From Macrostomum lignano (Eukaryota), in the NCBI GenBank assembly GCA_002269645.1, contig NIVC01000670.1:186001-250000 (forward strand): a stretch of 64,000 bases of DNA. The letters are read 5' to 3'. Under the pieces are notes generated by a model. That model was not told the origin of the DNA. It did not search any database and saw only the letters and a list, made by a program, of their open reading frames with translations. A program made the translations under genes and the position numbers. Positions 37,029 through 49,833 of the stretch are shown here, piece after piece. Position 1 is the stretch's first letter; every line of letters starts with the position of its first letter.

Positions 37029-39269
37029 CAAGGACTACTTAAGAACACAGGACGTTACACTTGCAAATATTGGCAGAATTCTAAAAGGCCACTTTGAATG
37101 CATGTGTCTATGGTTTTAGTGGCCTTTTTGCTTAGTAATTCGCATTGCAGCGTAGCATGATACTCATAACCCATAAGTCTACATTAGAGCACCAAGCAGA
37201 CAAGATCGCAAACAGCTCACTTTATTGTGTTCTCTGGATCTTTTATTTCTTTCTTCAAATTAAATTATCAATTGAGTTATACAAGATGCCAATGAAGTGT
37301 TGCGTTCCAGGCTACACAAGCAACTACAAAAGTGGTAAAAGGTGCACCATATATACTTTTCTGAAACAAGAGGCTGAAATTGACTCCTGGATGAAGGCTT
37401 TGTGGTTATGTCTCGTACAAGGAAAATTTGTCCGGGAAAAGCACCGAGGCATATGCTACAGACAACAGCTGTGAGTTCACAAAGTTGGTGTCTCGCGGAA
37501 AATTGAGTCATCTGCCAGAATGGCTTGTTGTGTATGCTAGTTTCTGCTACGTCTTCTTTCTTGGCTCCGGACAGCGTTGCGTTAACAGTTCAGTTAATGT
37601 GTTTCTGAGAATTTTCGACTCTTTTTGGATATTGCACTTGTGTTGTAGGGCTCCGTCTCTCTATACAATTTCAACCGCTGACACCAAAGTTGTCGTAGGG
37701 GTAACTTCTGTCCTTACAAATGATTTCACCGCTGTCAATAAGTTGTACTAGAGGTTTTGCTTCCTTCTTAATAAATCCCACCGCTGCCACCAAGTTGTTA
37801 CAGGCCTTTTGGCTCTCTATAAGAATTTCACCGTTATGCCACCAAAGTTGTACTAGGTGTGTTTCCTGTGCACTGAGAATCCTACTAAATGCCACCAAAG
37901 TTGTAACAGGGGTGATTCTTTCTTCTTAATAATAATTTCATACTATCACCAAAAAGCTATCACAGGGCTAATTTACTAATCTCTTAAGTGTTCTTCTTAG
38001 GTTGGTAGCTGCCACCAGGATTATCCTATTAATAAATTATGAGTTTATCAATCTTAGAATAATCCAAGAAATGTTTCTTAGAATAGGTCTGAGTATTTAG
38101 TCTGAGTATTTAGTCTGAGTATTTAGTCTGAGTATTATTCTTAGAAAAAATGTTAGCCCTGAAAGATTTTACTCTTCTGATTATTCTGGTAGCGTTCTAT
38201 TTAATAATGGCCTGAGTGGTATTTTGTCTTACTGGTATATGTATTTCATGTACTTTGCAAGTCCTTGGGCGTTACCGAGATCAGAGGGTCACAGCCTCCG
38301 TTATTCTTACACGTATTACTTCAGATCTACTTCGCAACTTCTTACTACTCAACACTTTCCTTCTCAGTAGTATATACGGTACACACTTCTGTCTACTTCA
38401 CTCTTACTTCTTAAAAGGAATTAACACAGAAAACACTTCTTCAATTCTTATTTTCTTGGAACTCTTACTATTAGCTATCAACTGTTTTATTATTGAACCG
38501 CGATGCGCAAGGTTGGTCTCTCCTCTACCAAAAACGCTTCTATTTATACTAAAATTTGCTACAGTTTTAAACAAAAATTCGTTAGTGCAAAATATTATAG
38601 AAAATACGAGTATTAAAACAAAAATATGTTTCTTAGTTTTGGCGTGAATTCAAATTGACTAAATGGTGACTATTTTATAAAGAAATCGGGAGGGGCCCTG
38701 CACACTTGGCAACGAGCTACTTATAAGAATATCTTGCCAGTTTGCAAATTCCTTTTACAAGGGTTTAGTAAGAAAGGAATCTGAAACTGAGAGACATCAA
38801 AGTGGTGTTGGTGCAAGACAGTTACGAAAATTAAACTCTGATTAACTTTGTGACGAATTTATTACTATTTTCACTGTCATCTTTGCTACCATCGTGTTGC
38901 TACTACATTTTAAACAAGTCCTAGAATCGAGAAATGAGCGAATAAGTATTATTATTGTTGACCAAGTGTAGTTCCTATCATTCAATATTGTCATTCTTGT
39001 TATTTTTGGGTATTTCTTCATTTTTTGTTAAACTTCTACACCCTGTTCATGATCACCTTTTGGAGAAAATATAAATATTTTGTCAGTATATATGCATATA
39101 AAAAGCTTTATTCACTAGGCTTTAATTTCTATTCATGTATTATACACATTGCTTCAAATAGCAAAAAGGCCACTAAAACCATAGTCATAGACACATGCAT
39201 TCAAAGCGGTCTTTTAGAATTCTGCCAATATTTGCAAGTGTAACGTCCTGTGTTCTTAAGTAGTCCTTG
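37029..39269 (+). mobile_element. P-superfamily element, internally deleted, with THAP and transposase C-terminal remnants
   Basis: TIRs of about 110 bp starting CAAGG; 8-bp TSD ATAAAAAT; MPMKCCVPGYTSNY...W (THAP-like) near 37286; LVSRGKL near 37480. Confidence 0.85.
37641..38704 (-). mobile_element. Solo LTR whose 3' third is an array of six LTR-end/PBS units
   Basis: Minus-strand termini TGTGCAGGG...CCCTACAACA; 4-bp TSD CTTG; removing it joins a continuous P-element frame LDIALG|NELLIRISCQFANSFYKGL; TATA-like GTATAAATAG and an AATAAA on the minus strand. Confidence 0.82.
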
Positions 39270-41484
39270 ATAAAAATATACTACAATTATTGCTTACAAT
39301 AAAATTTGTTCAATTGTCAATGATTTCAAAAAATCATGTATGCGCAACTGCTGCAGTGCTGGCAAACTTAACCAATCTGGCCACCATAAATTGTAGTAGA
39401 CCTAAGACCAGAGATTAGTTGCAAACAAAAATTCTCATCTAAAAAGAATATATAAGTATGTGCAGTACTAATTAGATGACGAGGCATTTAGCCTTAATAA
39501 AACAGTTATAATTAGGCCTATTCCCATCATTTACCTAGTTATATATACACATAAGTAACTTAGGCCTAATTCTTTAGTCTTTTGCACATGAGTATCCAAG
39601 CCACTTATTCCAATAGGGCTATGCAGGAATAGCCTTTTGAAATATCCTTGTAGGGCCTATGGCATATGCAGATTTTGGTAATTCTATTCCAATAAGACTA
39701 TAGAATGTAAATTTTGTTGCAAAGGCTTTGCCTTTGCTTTGGCTATGCTACTATTCTAGTTATATTAAATTTAATCTTTTAAAGTGAATTTCAAAGAGTA
39801 GAACCTACAATTGACATAAGATTGCCCTAGAGAACTCCTTTAGTTATTGCTAGATTTAAGAATATGTGCTAGTTTCATCAATTTTCAAGAGAAAGCAGCT
39901 ATCTTGCTCTTTGCCTTGCAGAATTGTTCATTAAATTCATTGTAGGCCTACGAATATTTTTTTAGCTAGGCCTGTTGTGTTAGCCTAGGCCTATTGATGA
40001 AACTTTCTAAAAATGAATATTTTCATTAGGCCAACATTTTAGAAGTTTAAAATTAGCAATAACTTTTATTGCAACTTCTGGGTTTTTTGGATTTTTCTGA
40101 AATTTAATGACTAGGCCTATTAACAATTATGCAATTTTGAATTTATGTGCTGATGTCACTGGCAAAAAATGTTTCTATGGCCAAAATTAGTTACAAACTC
40201 TGGGGCTTTAAGGAGATAGGCGCTACTAAGCTGCAAATACTGTGAATCAGTGAATAAAGTGCTTTCCAGTTAAAAATGGCTAGTGGACAACCTTTTGTGG
40301 CTTCTGCCCCAATGGCCCAACATAGATTGTGTCACTTCAAGAGGTTTGTCCAGCCTTTGAACTAACAAATATGGACACTTCTAAAATGTTGGCATAATGA
40401 AAATACTCATTTTTGGAAAGTTTCATGTCAATAGCTAAAAAAATGTGCATACAGTAAATTTAATGAATGTTTCATCATGATAGCGAAGAAAGCATACATG
40501 CGATGCATGTAATACATGTTTTCTATTAATTTCATTGTCTTTCCATTGAATTTTTGAATAGCCATTATATTATGCCGCATTGTTGGCTCCCAACTGAAAT
40601 TCAAAAGCCTTTTTAATAGTCAACAAATCCTATGTGTATAGGTTCTTTGTTACTAGAAGGAAGGAAGCCATATAATTTATAATGAGTTGTAAAGTTAAAA
40701 CATTGATCGATAGTGCTATGATTAGGTTAGAGCCATACTGGTATTTTGAGATAAGGTTGTTTCCATATGCGAACTTAACTTTTCGATTATGAATCGCCAT
40801 TGCCTATTGCCTATTTAGTATTTGTTGCGTGCTCGATAAATTCAAATAATTATATTAAACTTTACTATAAATTAAATTTTCGCCAAAGAGAGGCACTGCT
40901 AAACAACTATTAAGTGCAATAAAATACCTTTGTCTAAACAAAGTCAAAAAAGAATTTGCGTCTAAACTCTGCATTTTCATGGTGTTTATTTTGCTAAGAC
41001 GGTATTACATGCGTATTGGTCATTTCTTCTGAACATTTACATTTCGTCCGGGTGTGAAGTAAAAGTGAAAGCCGAGACTTAATTTGTCCGGTGCTTTTTC
41101 TACTTGCTACTTAAAGTAGCGTTAAGACAATCTACCGAAGATAAAGTTCAGCTATTAGCGTGCAAAATGTGCACATGATGACGTACATTTGGGGCCTATA
41201 AATTTGTCGTGATTTCAAAGCGAGAAAAAGTGCAACACTAATCGAAACGACTTTACATGTACATGTATAATAATTTTATGAATATTCGTATGTCGGATTT
41301 CGTTTACCTCCGGGAGGTATATAGTACATTTACGCCGGCAACACTTTCACATCACATACTGTATAACCAAGGACTACTGGACTAGAAGGGACGCAATAAA
41401 ACTTGCAAATTAATGGTGCAAAATAGTTGAAGGCCGATTATTTAAATTCTAGCTGTATCTCCAAATCGATTTGCATGTAGAAGG

Positions 41485-42339
41485 TGTGACATTGTCAATT
41501 TTAGCAGCCCCGTCAAGGGCCGTTTTAACATACGGTACCAATCTGTAATATTGTTAATTTAATGGTCCCGTACTCTCACGTCTGCTTAAAGTAGTGGCTA
41601 AAGAATTTTAAATAACTTGCGTACGTTTGTAAGCCTCAGTACAGTAGGCAATCGATAATTCCTGTTTTTCTCGCCGGCCAATAGAAAAGCCGCGCATAAA
41701 TTATGTTAGCCTAGCCTGAAATTAAGTTCTCCGCGCGCACCCACCCCAGCCCGCTTTTTATCAGTCCTGTCTGGCTGGGGCGCTCGGGGTCTCCTGCCTT
41801 CTCGCTTCCCCCTTTCTCTACTGGCCTCTTGCTCCTTGCTTGTTTACTCGTTAGCCAGCCTTAGGCTCCTTGGACTCTTGCCACTCCGGCACTCCATGTT
41901 TGCTTGCCTTCTCTCCGCCTCACTCCGCCACGGTTCTAAACCACGCCTCTGCCAAGCCTCAGTCACGCCACTCTACTGTCTGTTCGAGCTCTCGCTGCGA
42001 GCACCGCCGCCACACGTTCACTGTCACCACGCTGTTTACCATTGCCTCAGGCTCCTCGACTCGTTCTTTCGCCTACCAGAATTTATCTATCTTATTGTTG
42101 AGCAACCGCCAGTGCACTCCTTCCGGATTCAGCAATTACTCTGCCCTATCGCTTGGCCGCCCAGGCAGAACTGATAATAGCAAGCTTAACTATCCTCTTA
42201 TATTGTTACAATAAACAAGACTGCGGCCATTGCCCGCATCAGTTGTACCATCTCATCAAGTGCTACCGCTACAAATTGTGCCTCGATCTGCCGTGTTGTC
42301 TCGTTAATCATTTTCGAGTCTGCCAAATAAATCGTCACA
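41485..42339. mobile_element. Solo LTR (uninterrupted relative of 5912-7208)
   Basis: TGTGAC...GTCACA; 5-bp TSD GAAGG. Confidence 0.9.
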
Positions 42340-42403
42340 GAAGGTTACTTTTTTCGTTAGATTGTTCAGAAATTTGTCCCCTATCGAGTAAGTCATTTAG
42401 TTT

Positions 42404-45400
42404 CCCGGTGGGAAAACTCGTAGCGGCCCTCTGGCGGCCCGTGCGAGATTTGACGCTATCGTGGCGACAAGAGGAGAAACATAAATCCGTGTAAAATTCG
42501 GAATAGAAAGGATTGCCTGAGTCTCGTTAACTATTTATTTATGATGTTAGACGCGCAGAGTGTGAATTGGGATCAAATTTTTTTGAGCGGCATGCTAGCT
42601 ACTCATCGCTTGGAGAATGGCGTACTGGCTACAGTCGTAGTAGTGCCGCTGCGGTAAAATAAAACAAAATATGAATGAATAAATATGTTAATGAATCTCT
42701 ACCTTTCATGATTACCCCTTCCCACCATCTCTCTCACATTATCAGTCGTGCAAGTCTTTGGAGAAGTGATACACTTGATTTTTTCTTGCTTTTTAAATTA
42801 TTGTCGGATATATTGGTCTGAGCAGTCACATATTCATTCATTTTCAAACTCATTTTTCCTCTCTGCCAAAGCTCACCTACTTTTTGCGGCTCTATGCTTT
42901 CTATGTTTTTAGACAGTTTAAAGATAAGAAGAGTGAAATGGATAAGCATGGTTTCTACTACTATTGTGATTGCCTCATTCCCAAAATTGCTATCTTATCG
43001 GTTGTTTGTAACATAAGTTAAGAAAGAAGTGTGTTGTCCTGGTTAGTGGTTAGTGGTTCAGCTGTGTCTATGACTATGTGGTATATGGCCTGCTGTGAAG
43101 AATGAAGTTAGGCATAGAATAACCTATCCTAAAGCTAGACTAGAGTACATTAGCAAGCTAGGCCTATATACTACATAGGCTTGAAGATTGTCCTTTTATC
43201 TCTGAATGAGCAGTTAAAAATTTAGCTGTTTGACTTTGATAAATGAATTTGCCATTCACTAATATGTAATGAGTAGACTATGATTGCCTTACACATCTCA
43301 ATTGCTTGGACCTGTTTTTTGCTTAGTTGAGGGCCAGCCTAGTTAAGATCTGTCTAAACTAGCAATATTTGTGCCATTTGCTATCTTGGCCTATTTAAAT
43401 GATATATATTTTTTGATGTGCTAAAATAGATTTTGTGGCTCAAATGGCTACTGGCTTTGTGGCTGTATTTTTTGTTGCTAAGCTATGTCAAAAACTTCTG
43501 TCCAAACCTAGCTGCAGTGTTGCCACTATTGACATTCTTTATTATAAGCTTTGTCTAAGCGTAGTAAGCCAAGTAAGTTATACTTTTCTATATTAGGCTT
43601 AGCCACTAGTTATATATATAATGCTAGGCCCTAACCTGCTATTTTTCACTTTTTGTAAATGACAGCAAGGGGTTGTAGTACAATATAGGGTAATTTATCA
43701 TCAACCAAATGAGGAATCTTCAAACCAAATGGATAGATAGCATATTTCTTTTATTTACCATTGAATAGCTTGACCAAATTCTTTAAATTTGTATATTAAG
43801 ACATTTTTGTATATGCTCATTGTAATTAATTTGAAATTGTGCAGAGATAAGCTATGGTGTGCTCATATTCTCTATTAATTAATGTACTGGTCAAAGATGG
43901 TATATTTTTCTTTTCATTAAAATTTTATATTTTTCAATGAAGGTTTTACTTTTTATATGATATAAGTAAGATATCAAAAAAAAGCTATAAAAAATTCCAT
44001 AGGGTATATGCATCATTTATGCTATTGTAGTGCCATTTAACTGTTTATAGAAATCCTACTGCTTAGCCACCAAGTTGTACTAGGGGTGTTTGAATTATCT
44101 TAACTTATCTCACTATTGCCACCAAGTTGTTACAGGTTCTATTTACTGTTCTTGAGTTATTTTACTATATCCCACCACTGATACCAAGTTGTTGTAGGGT
44201 TTCTTAGAAATCTTAAAACAAATTTTATAATTTTTGAAGTTTATTTATAAGCTGGCCATTTAAACCAGTTAAATTTACTAGAAGTTAAGTTATAAGGTTA
44301 GAACTATGGGCTTTCACATAAGTACAGATTGCCCTGGTAGCGCACAGTGCCCAAGCAGCAAGACACTGTTTAGCTAAGGGGGATAAAGTCCTAAAAGTAG
44401 CATTTCCAATGGACCAAGGGTGCCCAGTGAATTCTAATTTCCTGTTTACGGATTTTCTTGTGTCACTCATGACCTGTCATTGGTTGTTCAGTTCGAACGA
44501 GCATCTGGGATATTCCCCTTTTTTGTATTGGCCAATTACGAAGTTTTCATAATATATTTTTCCTATTTAAATGGCTAAGTCCTATGATCTAGATAGATTG
44601 AATATTTCGATTTTTCACATAAATGGCTATAACTTTGTCTACTTACATTTGACCATCCAAAATAAGTGAAAGGAACATCATAAAACCTATTTCTAATAGA
44701 TCCTATTATCAAAATTAAAATTAAAATAAAAAATTTGAAACATTGCTACTGATTGTCTAGTATAAACACTTGTTTTAAAGTATTTTTCCTCTTCCTATAG
44801 CCATTTAATTTTCTTTAACAGTCTGCTTTGTCACTTATCGTTTACTATGCCTTTTTAGCACAGTAAACAGTTTATTGATAATGTCCAGTCTTTATTTCTA
44901 TATATTTTTAGAGCTCACTGTTGTAAACTAACCAAATACTCGTATTAATATGTCTTAAATGGAAACCTGTCAGCATTGTTTTAAGTAATATGTGTTACAA
45001 TTATTTTAACCATACTATATGTCAGTGTTGGCAATGAATAAAAATATCTACATTTTGTATCAATTGATGCTTTCACTATGGCGTGAACCGCCATAAGCGA
45101 CGTCTGCTAGAAAGCATGGCTAATGAAGAAGTTGCAGCAAGTAGTGCACAGCTACATGATGCTACTGAATCTGCTGAACAAGTTGAAGTTCAATTTAGTC
45201 ATGTCTGCAGTTGACAATCGATTGCGCTTCATCGGCCAGTTGGAGGACGTAACAAAACAGGCCGCACTGCAATCTTTCCCAAAGAGCAACGAGCGGGAGA
45301 TTGAGCAAGCTATAGCGGCAGCTTTGAAGAACGCGGCTGACAGGATGGGTGGCAGACAGCGCCGGATGAAAAGCAAGAACAATGAGCCGGAGTGAGCGCT

Positions 45401-46176
45401 GCTTTTGTGACTTGTGAGTTGCAAGCAATTAACTAACAATGAGCAATCAGCCCACGTCCTCCTTCAGACGGGGGGCTTCTTATCTCCTTATCTTCCTTCT
45501 CACCCACTTAGTCCTCTTCATCTTCATGATTCGATCCATTTATTCTCAATCCTCTGCTCCCACTGATACTCCTCTATCCCACCTCTTCATCTCTCTCCCC
45601 TCTTCCCCGCTTTCTCCTTATCCTCTTCTTTTTTCTCTTCTCTCGTCCTCTTTCTTTTTTGTCCTCAGTCTTCGTATTTGCTTTAATTTTGTCCTGCTCT
45701 GTATTTGTCTTTGCTTTTTGTCTTGCTTTTAATATTGAACCAAATATATACTGTATATATATTGACTGTTGACTGTCACTGGTCAACAATCACAAACTTT
45801 TTATGTAGAAAATGCGACAAAATATACTTATACCTTATTCTATCATCCTATTAACAAGCAAAGAACTTAATGAGCATGAAATAATAGCACACTCTTCTTA
45901 AAATCATTTTACTCCGATGCTGCCGTCTGATAAATGTTGCCGTTCCTGCGTATTTTGCTGGTGGCAACCAGCAAGTGGCAACTATGCCTCTAGAAAATCA
46001 GCAGTACTGCTGGAAAAGTAGCGGGCATCTCACTGTAAATCAAGTAGTAGTACTGTACTGCAGTAGTAGTAGCGCCAGCGCTGCCGGTAAAGCGGCGGCA
46101 AAGTGGCGGCATGCCGCTAGCATATCAGCACTTCTGGCGGCAGCGCTGGCGGACCGCCAGCTTTTTTCCCACCGGG
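42404..46176 (+). mobile_element. CCC-ended TIR element (CACTA/EnSpm-like) with a DUF4806-like ORF remnant (45123-45395)
   Basis: TIR CCCGGTGGGAAAA/TTTTCCCACCGGG; 2-bp TSD TT; IEQAIAAALKNAADRMGGRQRR resembles the DUF4806 C-terminal 'L..A.DR.GGR' motif. Confidence 0.72.
44026..44647 (-). mobile_element. LTR-like sequence with a three-unit LTR-end/PBS array (44026-44200)
   Basis: Minus strand: CCCTACAACA-ACT-TGGTATCAGTGGTGGGAT, CCTGTAACAACT-TGGTGGCAATAGTGAGAT, CCCTAGTACAACT-TGGTGGCTAAGCAGTAGGATT, final CACTACA; outer boundary uncertain. Confidence 0.6.
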
Positions 46177-46707
46177 TTAGCTCCCACTATAGATTTAGAT
46201 GCAAGAAAATCCTATACAATGTAGAATACCCGGCCTATATTTTGGGGCGTTTGAATCTTCAAGCAACAATTAATTAGTAGCTAACCAAAAGTCTGGTGCA
46301 ATTTTTTTGTGAATTTACGCTCGTTGTAAAAGCTAATAACTGTAATAACCTAACAATACGACTAAACCACAACATAGCTGAGTGTTTATGGTTACATATA
46401 CCGCAATTGTTTGGAAGAAATAAGAAACAAATGACTGCAAATATCAAACAATCATGTTAAAAATCATCGAATAATTTTTCTTGGTAGCTAAATGTATACG
46501 ACAACAAGAATCGGCCTTACACTTTTTTTACATAAATCGAGAGTGTAACGTCCTTATAACGAAGTGTTCATACATGTAGTGGTCCTTGCACATAACCTGT
46601 AGGATGTAAACAGCTAACGGCCCTTAATTTGACATGAGGCCCTGAGGCAAACATGTACACACCTCAACTGAGAAGTGCATAGACTTCAGGTATCCATATG
46701 CTTAAGT

Positions 46708-49303
46708 CGGCAGACGACCGCGGCCGGGGCGGTGTCGGCGTACTGATCCGACCGCGCCTTCGGCAGAGCGTGCACTGCGCTTCGTTGTCGACGCGACTGA
46801 TGCGGGTCGACCTGTGCCTGCACGCCCGCTGCATCCGGCTTTTCTGCGCGTATGCACCCACAGCTGCTCACCCCGAGGAGGCGATCGTGCCTTCTTCGAC
46901 TTCCTGGCTGGGCAGCTGGAAGAGGTGCCAAACCGCGACACGCTGGCGGTGCTCGGAGACCTGAACGCAGTTCCACGGGGGTCCGAGCGCTCGCCCTTTG
47001 TCGCGGGACGCGAGAACGCCAACACCGATGCACTGGAGGACCTGCTTGACAGGCTGGACCTGGTGTCCGCAAACACCCAGTTCCCTGCCCGCCTGGTTAC
47101 CTTTGCGTGCTGCTAGAGAAGGCGACAAAACGCACGCGGGCGGAACGCCACGAGGAGACTGGCGCAATTCGATCATGCGCTGGTTCGCACTCGCGAGCGC
47201 CGCCGCGTCACCAACTGCGACACCATGGCTTCGCTGGCTCTCCGGTCAGACCATCAACTTCTGCTCTGCGACTTGCGGCTCCAAGACCAGCTCTATCGAC
47301 AGATAAAGCACTGGCTCTGTCGAACACCCGCGTGAAGCGTCAATCGCGGGCGCCTTCGTCGGCGCGCTTGGAGAGCAGCGCGAGGCGGAGTATTCCGACA
47401 TCAGCACCGCAGTTAGAGTTAGAGCCTCTGCGGAGCAGACGGTCCCGCAGATGCGGCCAGCAAAAAAATCGCGGCCTGTCTGGCAGAGCGACCCGACCAT
47501 CAGGCAGGCGCGGCTCAACATCGAGCAACTCCGCAGAAACCGTCCCACGGGCGACGCTGCAGACGCGTTTGAGCACCTTCTAGACGAGCGGCAGCAGGCC
47601 GCTGTCGACGACGCCATTAGGTCCATTACTGCAGCCGGCCCCGACGTGAAGAGCCGCGCAGTGTGGACGGCCGTCCGGACTCTGACGGGGCGCAGAAAGC
47701 GCGTGGCGCTGAACCTGGCCGGCGACACCCCAGAGGAGCGCAGGAATGAATTGCGCGACTTCTTCGCCGGCATCGTGAACGCGCCTGCGTCGCCGCTGCC
47801 CGCCAGCTTTGCGCTCCTACTGGACACGCTGCTCCCAGCTGAGGAGGACTTCTGCACCAGACCATTCACCACGGAGGACGTTGTGCTGTTCGCTCGGAAA
47901 ACATCAGGCGGCAAGGCGCTCGGCCCTGACGGCTCCGCTGTGTGGCCTCTCAGGTCACAGGCGTCATAAACCGCGTGCTGGCCGGCGCTCCTGTGCCCTC
48001 CGAGTGGACCGTCGCGCACATTGTGCCGATCCTGAAGAAGGCAGGGACAACGTGGAAAGAAGACCACCACGGGATCTCGATGATGTCCTGCACAGCGTAG
48101 CTCTTTAACCGGCTGCTGCTCGATCGTCTGCAGCCGGTGCTGAACCCGTACCTGCAGAACGAATTCCGGCCGCAACGCGGTACAGTGACACAGATCTTCG
48201 CACTCCGCCGTGTCATCGAGGTCATCGCCGTGTCCCCTTCGTCCTTCGAGCCTACCGGGTCCCGCAGCAGCTAATCGACGCGATACTCGAGCTGCTGTGG
48301 TGACGGCGGACGGCCTGTCTAACCTGTTCGACACTTCGTCAGGAGTTCTGCAGGGCGACACACTAGCGCTCCTCTTCGTGCTGCTGCTTGACTGGGTGCT
48401 TCGGACCGCACTTCCCTCGGCTGACGACGGCTTCCTGCTGCGCAGACACATCGGTCGCAGTCACGGCGAAAAGCGCCTGAGTGTGCTTGGATACGCCGAC
48501 AACCTCGCCCTCCTGTCCTCGTCCGTTGAAGGCGCCCAGCGCCAGATCGACAGGCTGGTCGAGATGGCATCGAGAGTCGGTCTGGTTGTCAACACGCTGA
48601 AGACCCAGGTGCTGACTGTGCCGGCCGACATCACAGCGGACATGACATGCCACGGTGCAGACGGGCAGACGACCAAGCTCGCACGCTGCCAGCGGTTCAC
48701 CTACCTCGGCGGTCTGGTGTCCCACGTGGAGGAAGACCTCCGGCGGCGCAGAGGACTTGCCTGGGCTTCCTTCCGTTCGATCCGGGCCGTCATCCAGTCT
48801 AAAGCGCTGCCCGACCGCCAGAGGGCTCGGCTGTGGCAGGCGGTGGTCGAAACCGTCCTGCTATATAATGCTAAGACATGGACGCTGACGACTACGCTGG
48901 AGCGGCAGTTGGACTCGGTGTACTCAGGGCTGCTCCGTGCAGCCTTTCGAGCTGACGAGGGCGTCGGGACCGAGGCCCTGTACGATCGGGCCTAGCTGCA
49001 ACGCCCGTCCACCATCCTGCGTCGGCGGCGACTTCAACTGGCGGGCTACGTGATCCTGGCCGAGGGCTACTGCGCCCAACCCGTTCAAGATGTCCTGCTG
49101 CTCACCTTGCAGGGCCCGTTCAGGCGGGGTCAGGCCCAAACCCGTCGATACGTGGACTGCCTGCTGTGCGACGCTGGGGCGCCCGACACTGCCAACGGGG
49201 CGGACTTCGTCCGCTCTCAGGCTCAGCGGCGTGCCCTCTGACGCAGCCTGCTCTAACTGCGGCCTTGCATGCGGGGCTGCGTAATTTGTTGTTGTTGTTG
49301 TTG
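46708..49303 (+). mobile_element. 5'-truncated RTE-like LINE (partial APE endonuclease and RT), decayed
   Basis: GGVG, AYAPT, GDLNA and LDH endonuclease motifs; GVLQGD and GYADN RT motifs; (TTG)n tail; 11-bp TSD TATGCTTAAGT. Confidence 0.92.
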
Positions 49304-49833
49304 TATGCTTAAGTGCTTGTATTTGGCCTTTATGGGCCGTACAATGAATCACACTAAGCCATCAGTAGGCCAATGTGGCAGGAACCCATATGTAACACGC
49401 GGGATTGAACTCAGGGACATTGGTACTCGAGAGAATTACACTTGTGGAAGCGCCTCATCCCTAGCGCTATAGTCTGCAACTTATTCCATTTATATGTAGT
49501 ACATCAACTGATATTTCGGCGCATATATGCATTGGTACAGACACAATAGAAGTGACGTTTTTCAAGGTTATCAACTCCTTAATGTCATTGTACCTCGTAT
49601 ATCTATTTCTGCATTGGTTTAGATGATGTTCATATACGAGCGTATACTCACATGGAGCAGTAGCAGTTGGATTCCAGATCAAGAAAGGCACATTTTTACT
49701 TGGTCTTCAACTGGTTAACAGTGTGTTATCTCGTACATTTACTATGTCCCGCACTACAATAAGGTTAATATCGGTGGATTTATTATATTAGATTAGTCTT
49801 TGGTAATTTCAGTTCGGACGTCACGTCAAAAAA

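Noticed and set aside
37641-37970. True CRISPR array
   Set aside because: Eukaryotic context, no cas genes, and the repeats are LTR end + PBS; reported as a PBS array instead
47246-48451. 401-aa minus-strand ORF
   Set aside because: Antisense shadow of the GC-rich LINE coding sequence
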